Positions 27,417-35,208 of a DNA stretch of 64,000 nt are shown piece by piece. Where the stretch lies: NCBI GenBank assembly GCA_964417965.1, contig CAYQJX010000002.1, forward strand, positions 80,486 to 144,485, read 5' to 3'. Within the stretch, counting starts at the first letter, position 1. Each line of letters begins with the position of its first letter. Below the pieces are notes generated by a model that made no database searches, had not been told where the DNA came from, and saw only the letters and a list, made by a program, of their open reading frames with translations. The stretch comes from an uncultured Elusimicrobiaceae bacterium (lineage in GTDB: Bacteria; Elusimicrobiota; Elusimicrobia; Elusimicrobiales; UBA9959). The translations under genes were made by a program, and so were the position numbers.

Positions 27417-28842
27417 GAAAACCGCCAGGACGCCCCTGGCCCGCTGGGAGCGGGTGGCCGGCGGCCGCCTGCTGACCAACGATTCCGGCTGTCACGCCCT
27501 GCTGGGCGAGAAGGATTTCGCGCGCGCCGTGGCCGGCGGCATTACCAAGAAGGACCCGCTTTTCAAGCGTCTTTCCGCCGCTGGCTTCATCAGGGAAAGC
27601 ATGGATTTCGAGGGCCTGGCCGCCAAGTGGCGCACCCTTAACGCCCACCTGGACCAGGGGCCCGGCCTGCACATCCTGGTGCTGACCCTCAGGTGCAACC
27701 ACAAGTGCCTCTACTGCCAGTCCAGCGCCGCCGGCGAGGGCGCCAAAAAGACGGACATGGACCGCAGGACCGCGCTGGCCAGCGTGGATTTCGCTTTCAC
27801 CTCCCCCAACCCGCTGATAACCATAGAATTCCAGGGCGGGGAGCCGCTGCTGAACTGGGAAGTGCTGAAGGCCGCCGTCAAGCGCGCCCGCGAAAAGGCG
27901 GCGGCTACCGGCAAGGAACTCAAGCTGGCGCTGGTCTCCAATTTTACCCTGATGACCGAGGAGAAGGCCCGCTTCCTCCTCGAGAACGAGGTCTCCATCT
28001 GCACTTCGCTCGACGGCCCGGCGGACCTGCATAACAGGAACCGGATCTTCGCCGGCGGCAACTCGCACGCCGCTACGGTGCGGTGGATAAAGTATTTCCA
28101 GGAAAAGCACGCGCGCCAGTCGCAGCCGTACCGGGTCTTCAAGCCCGGCGCGCTGCTCACCGTGTCCCGCCAGTCCCTGCCCCGCTGGAAGGAGATCATC
28201 GGCGAGTACGCCAGGCTGGGGCTGGAAGATATCTTCGTGCGGCCGCTGGCCCCGATCGGCTACGCCCGCGGCCTCTGGGACAAGATCGGCTATACGCCCG
28301 AGGAGTTCCAGGAATTTTACGGCCGCTGCCTGGACCATATCCTGGCCCTTAACCGCCGCGGCACGGTCATGCGCGAAAAAACCGCCGCCATGATGCTGGA
28401 GAAGATCGTCAACGCCACCGAGCCCGGCTACCTGGACGCGCGCTGCCCCTGCGGCGCGGCCATCGGCCAGGTCGCCTATAACTATAACGGCGACCTCTTC
28501 ACCTGCGACGAGGGCCGCATGGTCGGCTGGGAAGGCGACGATATTTTCCGCGTCGGCAACGTCTTCCGGGACAACCTGCGCAAAATTCTTTCTTCCCCGG
28601 CCGCCCGCGCCTGCGTGGTGGCCTCCAATCTTGAGGCCCAGCCCGAATGCTCGCGCTGCGCCTATAAGCCCTACTGCGGCGTCTGCCCCGTGTATAACTA
28701 CGAGGCGCAGGGCTCGCTGTGGGGCAACATGCGCTCCAACGGCCGCTGCCGGCTGTTCAAGGGCGTCTTCGCCGCTATTTTTGAAAGGCTGGGCAACGCC
28801 CGTGACAAGAAAGTGCTGGAGAGCTGGGTGGCAAAAAAATGA
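27388..28842 (+). CDS. hxsB: Radical SAM/SPASM maturase, HxsB-like (paralog 1)
   Basis: CNHKCLYC and FQGGEPLL. Full SPASM Cys set: CPCG...GDLFTCDEG...CSRCAYKPYCGVCPVYNY...GRC. ~95-aa N-terminal extension. Confidence 0.8.
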   Translation: MAQKKPVKNKKTARTPLARWERVAGGRLLTNDSGCHALLGEKDFARAVAGGITKKDPLFKRLSAAGFIRESMDFEGLAAKWRTLNAHLDQGPGLHILVLTLRCNHKCLYCQSSAAGEGAKKTDMDRRTALASVDFAFTSPNPLITIEFQGGEPLLNWEVLKAAVKRAREKAAATGKELKLALVSNFTLMTEEKARFLLENEVSICTSLDGPADLHNRNRIFAGGNSHAATVRWIKYFQEKHARQSQPYRVFKPGALLTVSRQSLPRWKEIIGEYARLGLEDIFVRPLAPIGYARGLWDKIGYTPEEFQEFYGRCLDHILALNRRGTVMREKTAAMMLEKIVNATEPGYLDARCPCGAAIGQVAYNYNGDLFTCDEGRMVGWEGDDIFRVGNVFRDNLRKILSSPAARACVVASNLEAQPECSRCAYKPYCGVCPVYNYEAQGSLWGNMRSNGRCRLFKGVFAAIFERLGNARDKKVLESWVAKK

Positions 28843-29156
28843 AAAAGCAGACTGACGCGAAAGAAATAACTTTTGATTCCGCTGTCTATTCTAAAGAGGC
28901 CGTAGAGCTGGCGGCCTATGTCTTTGCCGGGCGCTGCGGCGTAAAAGTTTCGCCCGGCAAGAGCGCTTCGGTCGCGCGGCTGTCCGGGGGCGCGGAGCTT
29001 GACCGGCTGGCCGGGGAGTTCGCCAACGAGGCGCTCAACCAGCAGTGCCGCATAGACCTGGCAAAAAAGAATTCCAAGCTGGCCGGCATGATAGTGACCA
29101 AGGCGCTGTTGTCGGCCTGCGGCGAAACCAAGCCGCGCTTACGGGGGAGCAAATGA
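28839..29156 (+). CDS. hxsD: HxsD-like small protein (copy 2)
   Basis: 105 aa. Contains DSAVYSKEAVELAAYVFAGRCGVKV and EFANEALNQQCRIDLAKKNSKLAGMIVTKAL, the same pattern as copy 1. ATGA overlap with the hxsB-like stop. Confidence 0.5.
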   Translation: MKKQTDAKEITFDSAVYSKEAVELAAYVFAGRCGVKVSPGKSASVARLSGGAELDRLAGEFANEALNQQCRIDLAKKNSKLAGMIVTKALLSACGETKPRLRGSK

Positions 29157-30217
29157 AAAAATCAGTGGTAATCGCTATCGTCGGGCTGCTGGCCCTGGTG
29201 CTGTTCCTGCAGTATCTGCAGAGGCGCAATGTCGCCCCCGCGCTGCCCGCCGGCCAGGCTACGCCCGCGGCCGAGGCTCCGGCGGGCATCCCCCTGCCGG
29301 CCGAGGCTACCGTCTACGCGGCCCAGCCTTCGCAGGAAACGCGGCCCTCGGCCCCGATAAAGGCCCCGCCCTCTTCTATCTTCAGAGCTCCGGCCGAGAT
29401 GGCCGGCGCCGGCCCGCTGCCCACCATCAACGCGGACTTCGCCCGCGCCCCGATAGGCTACACCGGCAAAACCCTCAACGGCATCCTCTCCTCCCACGGC
29501 AAGGTCTGGGGCAACGCCACCTTCGGCCCGGATGTCTTCACCAAGGAAGAGAACGACGCCCTCTACAGCCTGCTGGCCCAGTTCTTCTCCTGCAACGCCG
29601 TCGCCTACGGCGACCTGAACATGTGCAACTTCCTGCCGGGGGCGCTGACCAAGAAGGATAAATATTTCTGGAGCCCGCACTACGCGTGCATGGACCCCGC
29701 CAGCCGCGTGCTCTTCTACGCTTACGCCGCCGGCCGGTTCAACGTCAACGGCGAGTCGGTCTGCCGCAAGTATCTAGCGGGGGACAGCGTGGAAGGCGCC
29801 AAGGTGCCGCCGGAATTCTGCCGCGAGGTGTCCAAGGGTTTTTCTTATATCTGCGACATGGCCCCGGCCCGCGACCGGAGCCGCTGCCGCGAGGCGTTCC
29901 CCGCCGACAGCCGCAACTGCAGGACCCAGGACTGCATGGACAACAACAGGCTTTACCTCTCGCTCCGGGACAACAACATTTCCGCCTGCCCGGAGAAGTA
30001 CATGACGGAGTGCGGCGTTTTCTCCACCAAGTCCGGTTCGGTCTGCTCGCTCATACTCGACAAGATCGCCGGCACTTTCGCCCAGACGGAGGCGACGCAC
30101 GAGCAGAATATGAGCCCCGAGAAAAAGAAGCGCCTCGAAGAGGCCCGCAAGAAAGAAGAACAGAAAATAATAGAAGACGTGAACAAAAACGCCAGGAAGG
30201 CCTTGGGTAAGGATTGA
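29153..30217 (+). CDS. Membrane-anchored Cys-rich protein (12 Cys), unknown family
   Basis: The start at 29153 gives MKKSVVIAIVGLLALVLFLQYL (TM anchor). A Pro/Ala-rich linker follows, then a domain with 12 Cys (FFSCNAV, NMCNF, YACMD, SVCRK, EFCRE, YICDM, SRCRE, RNCRT, QDCMD, SACPE, TECGV, SVCSL). The tail is charged and helical. Confidence 0.7.
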   Translation: MKKSVVIAIVGLLALVLFLQYLQRRNVAPALPAGQATPAAEAPAGIPLPAEATVYAAQPSQETRPSAPIKAPPSSIFRAPAEMAGAGPLPTINADFARAPIGYTGKTLNGILSSHGKVWGNATFGPDVFTKEENDALYSLLAQFFSCNAVAYGDLNMCNFLPGALTKKDKYFWSPHYACMDPASRVLFYAYAAGRFNVNGESVCRKYLAGDSVEGAKVPPEFCREVSKGFSYICDMAPARDRSRCREAFPADSRNCRTQDCMDNNRLYLSLRDNNISACPEKYMTECGVFSTKSGSVCSLILDKIAGTFAQTEATHEQNMSPEKKKRLEEARKKEEQKIIEDVNKNARKALGKD

Positions 30218-30228
30218 AGGAGCCGGCC

Positions 30229-30561
30229 ATGAAAAAGAAAAAACCCGGAGTAAAAAAGAACATAAAGCTCTTCCTCAACAGCGAAGAGGGGAAGATGCTC
30301 GACGCCGACATAGTGAAGGCCGGCCTCGCGCTGGGCATACTCGGCGCGGCGATGGTGGACCAGGCGAGCGCGCAGACCATCCACCAGAACTACTTCTACC
30401 CGCCGGCCGACCCGACCTCGCACGTCAGCCACCAGAGCCACGGCAGCCACGGCTCGCACGGCAGCCACGGCTCGCACGCCTCGCACGGCAGCCACGGCTC
30501 GCACGGCAGCCACGGCTCGCACGGCAGCCACGGCTCGCACGCCCGCGGCGGCTGGTGCTAG
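30229..30561 (+). CDS. hxsA: His-Xaa-Ser repeat protein (putative rSAM-modified precursor)
   Basis: RBS aaggag (30217-30222) precedes the ATG at 30229. The sequence reads MKKKKPGVKKNIKLFLNSEEGKMLDADIVKAGLALGILGAAMVDQASAQ, then TIHQNYFYPPADPTS, then 13 HxS triplets, then HARGGWC and stop. Confidence 0.9.
   Translation: MKKKKPGVKKNIKLFLNSEEGKMLDADIVKAGLALGILGAAMVDQASAQTIHQNYFYPPADPTSHVSHQSHGSHGSHGSHGSHASHGSHGSHGSHGSHGSHGSHARGGWC
30421..30543 (+). repeat. In-frame 9/18-nt tandem codon repeat encoding (His-Xaa-Ser)13
   Basis: The cacggcagc/cacggctcg units alternate Ser codons AGC and TCG. The 42-nt block cacggcagccacggctcgcacggcagccacggctcgcacgcc occurs twice (30439-30480 and 30502-30543). Confidence 0.95.
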
Positions 30562-30634
30562 CTGGGCTTTAACGGCGCTCCCGCGTCCCGCATCCGCGGG
30601 CGCGGGCGGCTTCCGTCCGCGTCTCCCCCGCAGC

Positions 30635-30654
30635 CCCGCCCCCCGGCGGGTTTT
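30635..30654 (+). terminator. Small terminator/attenuator-like hairpin between hxsA and the next rSAM gene
   Basis: cccgcc-cccc-ggcggg followed by tttt, ending 2 nt before the ATG at 30657. A second hairpin, cccgcg-N9-cgcggg, lies at 30580-30600. Confidence 0.35.
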
Positions 30655-30656
30655 CG

Positions 30657-31754
30657 ATGAACACCATCCCCCAGGAACTAGACATCTGCGTCTCCAACCA
30701 GTGCAATATGCGCTGCCGCTACTGCTATTCCGGCGGTCTCGACCGCTCGCGCGCGCAGCGGCTGGACCTGCGCCGGATGAAGCTGGCCGTGCTGCAGTAT
30801 CTGCGGGCCGCCGGCCCGCGGGCCGAGAAGATAAGCATCTCGGGCGGCGAACCGCTGCTGGACAAGAAGCTGCTGGCCGCGCTGCTGCCCTGGCTGCGGC
30901 GCACGGCCGGGCCGGCCATGGAAATAGAATGTTTTTCCAACGGCCTGCTGCTGGACCGCCCCACGGCGGAGCTGTTCCGCCGCAGCGGCGTGCACCTGAA
31001 GATAAGCCTGGACGGGGCGCCGGCCAGCCAGGACCTGAACCGCGTGGACGCCGGCGGCGCTCCGAGTTCCGCCCGGGTCGCGCGCAGCCTGAAGGCCCTG
31101 CCGCCCGGCCTGCGCCGGAGCCTCGGCCTCTCGGCCACCGTGACGCGCGCCACCGCGCCCCGGCTTGCCGAAAATATTAAATTCCTGGCTTCGCTCGGCG
31201 CCGGCGACCTGGGGCTGTCTTTCGCGGTGCAGGAGAGATGGACGCGCGCCGACCTGGCGGGCTTGAAGCGCGAGCTGCTCGCCGCCCGGGCCTGGCTTAA
31301 GGGCGCCGGCCGCGGGGCTTTCAAAGACAGCCCGAGGTTCGGCTACAAGCTCATGCGGGCGGGTAAGCCCTGGCTGGAGAGTTTCTGCGGCCAGGGCGAG
31401 ATCTCGATCGGGCCCGACGGCCATTTTTACCCCTGCTCCATGCTCTCCGCTTCCAGCGTGGCCCAGGAGCCGGCGCTGCGCGCCCGCTACGCGGCGGGCG
31501 ACTGGCGCACCGGCCCGGACCTCGCGAAGGTCAGGGCGTCCCGGGAAAAAATTTTCAGGGCGGTCATGGCCGGCGGGCGCCGCGAGTTCCTGGGCTGCCT
31601 GCTCTGCATCTATTACAGCAGCCTGCTGCACGGCGGAGACCTTAAAGCCATGCTGAAGAGCAGTACGGATATCGTCCGGCTGCTGCGCGCCACCGGGATG
31701 GGTTCAGGCAACCCGGACGTGCCGCGCCCCCGGCTGGCCGGGGCGGCCCGGTGA
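30657..31754 (+). CDS. Radical SAM enzyme, AslB-like with partial SPASM/twitch region (paralog 1 of 3)
   Basis: CNMRCRYC and ISGGEPLL. The C-terminal region has FCGQGEISIGPDGHFYPCSML and LGCLLC. Confidence 0.8.
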   Translation: MNTIPQELDICVSNQCNMRCRYCYSGGLDRSRAQRLDLRRMKLAVLQYLRAAGPRAEKISISGGEPLLDKKLLAALLPWLRRTAGPAMEIECFSNGLLLDRPTAELFRRSGVHLKISLDGAPASQDLNRVDAGGAPSSARVARSLKALPPGLRRSLGLSATVTRATAPRLAENIKFLASLGAGDLGLSFAVQERWTRADLAGLKRELLAARAWLKGAGRGAFKDSPRFGYKLMRAGKPWLESFCGQGEISIGPDGHFYPCSMLSASSVAQEPALRARYAAGDWRTGPDLAKVRASREKIFRAVMAGGRREFLGCLLCIYYSSLLHGGDLKAMLKSSTDIVRLLRATGMGSGNPDVPRPRLAGAAR

Positions 31755-33844
31755 AGGCCTCCGGCCGCCGCAAGTTCAGGGTGGTGCTCGTGCCGCCGCT
31801 GTGCGCGGACGGCCTGCTGCCGCTGGCCGCGGGCCTGCTGAAGGCCTGCGCCCTGCGCGATCCCTTCCTGCGTGAAAAAATAGAAATAACGATCCTGGAG
31901 CCCTGGGTGAGCGCGGAGGAGGCCCCGGGGCGCGTGGCCGCGCTGAAACCGGATCTGGCCGGCTTCACTGTCTATGGCGGTCTCGAGCTGAGCAGGCTGG
32001 CCGCGCGAGGCGTAAAGAAGCGCTGCGGCGCTAAAATAATTTTTGGCGGGCCGATGGCCGGGGCGGTGCCCCCGGAAGAACTTTTTGCGGGAGGCGTGGT
32101 AGACTACGCCGTGTCCGGGGAAGGGGAAAAAGCCTTCGTGGCGGTCCTGAAGGCCCTGCTGGGGCGGGGCGACCTCCGCGGCGTGGCCGGCCTGGCGTAT
32201 CGGGACGGGGGCAGCGTGGCCGTGAACCCTCCGGGCGAACCCGTGCGCGATCTTTCTTCGCTGCCTTCTCCCTACCTCGGCGGCGTTTTTAAATGGCGCC
32301 ATTACCCGCGCATCCCGTTTGAAACTTCCCGCGGCTGCCGCGGGACTTGCCTGTACTGCTCCATAACGCGGGATTACCGCGAATTCAGCCTGGCGAGGGC
32401 CAGGGCCGAGATCGGCCGCATCCTGCGCGATTTCCCCGGCCTGCGCACTCTTTTCCTGACGGACCCGGACCTTTGCCAGAACCGGGAGATGGCGGGGCTG
32501 CTGCGCCTGCTGGGAGGAGAGGTGTCGCGCCGCGGCGTCAACGTGGAGATACAGATGGACCTGCGCAATCTCGACGAGGGCGTGGTGCCGCTGCTCAACG
32601 ACAGGGCCTTCAGCCTGGGCGTGGGGGTGCAGAGCGTTTTCCCCGAAACCTGCCGGCTGATCGGGCGGCGCATGGACTTTGGCGAGCTCAGGCGCAAGAC
32701 CGCCCTGCTGGCGGCCGCGGCCCCGCGGGCCAAAGTGGTGCTGAGCTTCATCATCGGCCTGCCCGGCGACACCTATAAGCGCTGCCTGGCCAATTTCGAA
32801 TGGGGCCTTTCCGTGAACTCGGGGCTGTTCTTTCACCGCCTGCGCGTTTATCCGAGGAGCCCGCTGGGGAAAGCCGCCGGCCGGCTGGGCGTGAAGTTCT
32901 CCCCGCAGGACCCGTATTTCGTGGCCAGTGTGCCGTCGCTGCCAGCCGCCGGGGTGCGGCGGGCCTGCGCGCTGGCCAGGGAGCTCTCCCTGGCCGCCAA
33001 CCTCGCGTTCGCGGATAAGTATTTCGGCTTCCTGTTCCGCCATCTCGCGCGGGGGTTAGCCGGAGAATTTCCCGGGGTGGGGCTCTGCCGCCGCGTGAAC
33101 AGGCTGGCCAGGGCGGACAAAGGCATGGCGGCGGCCGCGGCGGCGGCGGATTCGTTCCGGGACGACGGGGACTGGTCGGGGCTGGATGTGAGCACTTTCA
33201 GGGAGCGCCGGGCCTGGCTGATAAGGGAGCTGGCCGGGCTGGAGCGAGGCTCCCGGCGGGCCTTCGCGTCGCGCTACGCCGGTTTCTGCGAGGCGCGCCT
33301 GGCGTGGGAGAAAGTGGACGGCGCTACCGCCGACAAGGTGCTGCGCCTGGCCGCCGGCGAGCGGCTCCGCGCGCCTTCCCTGCTGGTCTGCGGGGCGGCC
33401 TCCTCAGACCCGGCCCGCCTTTCCGCCTGCGGCTTTTCGCGGGAACTGCTGGTGGAAGAAAAATTCGGCTTTTTCCCTACCCCGCCGGCCCGGAACAGGT
33501 TTTACGCGGACAGGCCCGCCCTGCCGGAGGCCGCGGCCGCGGTTCTTAAAGGAAGCGTCCGCTTCCGGAGCGTAGTCGTTTCGCAGGTGCTCAGCGCCCT
33601 GCCAGCGGCCGGGCGGGTCGGCCTGCTCAGGCGCCTGCTGGGCTCGGCCGGTTTCGCCGCTAAATTACTCATTATCGACAGCGGCCTGGGCTATCCTGAA
33701 TTCGGGCCCGGCTGGGAACTGACCGGGAGCTGGACGGAATGCGCGCGGGAAACCATTGAAAACGACCTCCGGTCGGCCGGCTGGCGCCTTACCAGGACGG
33801 TGCCGCTCGGCAAGTGGAGCGTCTTCTGCGCCGAGCGGGCCTGA
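31751..33844 (+). CDS. B12-binding-domain radical SAM enzyme with an extra C-terminal (methyltransferase-like?) domain
   Basis: N-terminal B12-binding-type region (FRVVLVPP...IIFGGPMAG...DYAVSGEGE) and TSRGCRGTCLYC. 697 aa. The C-terminal ~200 aa contain VVVSQVLSALP...LLIIDSG. Confidence 0.8.
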   Translation: MKASGRRKFRVVLVPPLCADGLLPLAAGLLKACALRDPFLREKIEITILEPWVSAEEAPGRVAALKPDLAGFTVYGGLELSRLAARGVKKRCGAKIIFGGPMAGAVPPEELFAGGVVDYAVSGEGEKAFVAVLKALLGRGDLRGVAGLAYRDGGSVAVNPPGEPVRDLSSLPSPYLGGVFKWRHYPRIPFETSRGCRGTCLYCSITRDYREFSLARARAEIGRILRDFPGLRTLFLTDPDLCQNREMAGLLRLLGGEVSRRGVNVEIQMDLRNLDEGVVPLLNDRAFSLGVGVQSVFPETCRLIGRRMDFGELRRKTALLAAAAPRAKVVLSFIIGLPGDTYKRCLANFEWGLSVNSGLFFHRLRVYPRSPLGKAAGRLGVKFSPQDPYFVASVPSLPAAGVRRACALARELSLAANLAFADKYFGFLFRHLARGLAGEFPGVGLCRRVNRLARADKGMAAAAAAADSFRDDGDWSGLDVSTFRERRAWLIRELAGLERGSRRAFASRYAGFCEARLAWEKVDGATADKVLRLAAGERLRAPSLLVCGAASSDPARLSACGFSRELLVEEKFGFFPTPPARNRFYADRPALPEAAAAVLKGSVRFRSVVVSQVLSALPAAGRVGLLRRLLGSAGFAAKLLIIDSGLGYPEFGPGWELTGSWTECARETIENDLRSAGWRLTRTVPLGKWSVFCAERA

Positions 33845-33867
33845 ACGCCAGATTTGATAATATTTGA

Positions 33868-35208
33868 ATGATGAAAAAAAGAGCAGTCAAAAACGGCCCC
33901 GCCGCCTTGCCCGAGAAGGCCGGAGTGGTAATTCTGGGCGCCGGCCTTACCGGCCTGATCGCCGCCCGCGAACTGCTGCGGGCCGGCAGGCGGGACGTCC
34001 TGCTGCTCGAGCGGGACTCCAGGCCGGGCGGCCTGATGAAGACCAACCGCTCCGGCGGGGTGACGATAGACGAGCTGCCGCACGTTTTCTTTACCAGGAA
34101 CAAGCGCGCCGCCGGCGTCTTCAGGGAACTTTCCGGCCCGGTCTATTCGCACCGCCACCGGCTCGGGGTCATGTGGAAGGGCGGCTGGGTGGATTTCCCT
34201 TTCCAGGACAACATCCACCAGCTTTCGCCCGGCGACAGGCGCCGGGTGCTGGTGAGCCTGCTGGAGAACCGGGCCGGCGGCCCCGCGCGGGAGCCCCGCA
34301 ACCTGGAGGAGTACGCCTTGCGCGAGCTGGGCGGCGGCATAACCGAACTTTTTTTCCGGCCTTATAACGAGAAGCTGTGGCAGACCCCGCTGGCCGGCAT
34401 GAGCTACGCCTGGCTCGCCGCCAAGATCCGCCTGCCCGGCCCGGCCGGTCTGGCCGAAAGCATCCTCGGCGTCAAACCGGCCTCCCGCGGCGACGTCGCG
34501 CCCCACGCGGAATTCGTCTACCCTAGGACCGGGGGCATCGAGGGCGTGATAGAAAGCCTGCTGAAAGAGATAAGCCCCGTTTCGCCGCTCTGCGGCACCG
34601 AGGTGACCGGCATAGACGCGCGGCGCAAGACCGTGCTGACCTCCCGAGGCCCCGTGCGCTACGGGCGGCTCATCTCCACGCTGCCGCTGGACAGGGCCGT
34701 CGCGCTGGCCGGTCTGAAGAACTGCCGCCCGGTCCTGCCGCGCCTGCGCGCCACGCGGGTGCTGTGCCTGCATTACGCCCTCTCCGCCGTGAACCTGCCG
34801 CCCTACCACTGGATCTACGTGCCGGACCCTGACCTGCCTTTCTACCGCCTGACCCGCGCCGACCTCATAAACCCGCGCGCCGTGCCCGGCGGCAAGGCCC
34901 TGATAGTGGAGTGCGCGCTGCCCGGCGCCAGTGCCGCGGCGCCGGCCGGCCTGCAGGCCCGCGTCACCGCGGCCCTGCTGCGTTTGGGGATAATAAAGAA
35001 GAAAGACCTCAGGGGCGTCTGGGCCTACGACCATTGCCCCGCCTACCCGGTGCCGCACGCGCGCCACGCCGAAGATACGGCCGCCTGCCTGCGTTCCCTG
35101 GCCCGGGCCGGGATAATCTCGGCCGGGCGCTTCGGCGAATGGGCCGTCTACAACATGGACCACAGCATCGAGGCCGGCATAGCCGCCGCGGGAAAGATCC
35201 TGAAATGA
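33868..35208 (+). CDS. FAD-dependent oxidoreductase (UDP-galactopyranose mutase / PPOX-like fold)
   Basis: Dinucleotide-binding motif in VVILGAGLTGLIAARELLRAG...LLLERDSRPGGL. PHVFFT and FFRPYNEKLW resemble UGM/amine-oxidase motifs. Confidence 0.75.
   Translation: MMKKRAVKNGPAALPEKAGVVILGAGLTGLIAARELLRAGRRDVLLLERDSRPGGLMKTNRSGGVTIDELPHVFFTRNKRAAGVFRELSGPVYSHRHRLGVMWKGGWVDFPFQDNIHQLSPGDRRRVLVSLLENRAGGPAREPRNLEEYALRELGGGITELFFRPYNEKLWQTPLAGMSYAWLAAKIRLPGPAGLAESILGVKPASRGDVAPHAEFVYPRTGGIEGVIESLLKEISPVSPLCGTEVTGIDARRKTVLTSRGPVRYGRLISTLPLDRAVALAGLKNCRPVLPRLRATRVLCLHYALSAVNLPPYHWIYVPDPDLPFYRLTRADLINPRAVPGGKALIVECALPGASAAAPAGLQARVTAALLRLGIIKKKDLRGVWAYDHCPAYPVPHARHAEDTAACLRSLARAGIISAGRFGEWAVYNMDHSIEAGIAAAGKILK

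Noticed and set aside
29953-30540. Minus-strand ORF with an MRAVAAVRAVAAVRAVAAV repeat.
   Set aside because: It is the antisense reading of the His-Xaa-Ser codon repeat. The plus-strand hxsA has an RBS, a signal-like N-terminus and operon context.
30421-30543. Possible CRISPR or other non-coding tandem array.
   Set aside because: The period is 9/18 nt with no spacers, and it is in frame within a CDS. No cas genes are present in the window.
34911-35204. Upstream extension of the nucleotidyltransferase ORF.
   Set aside because: It overlaps the 3' end of the flavoprotein gene in another frame. The family N-terminus MIPVVILTAGSGKRLG begins at 35205 with an ATGA overlap.
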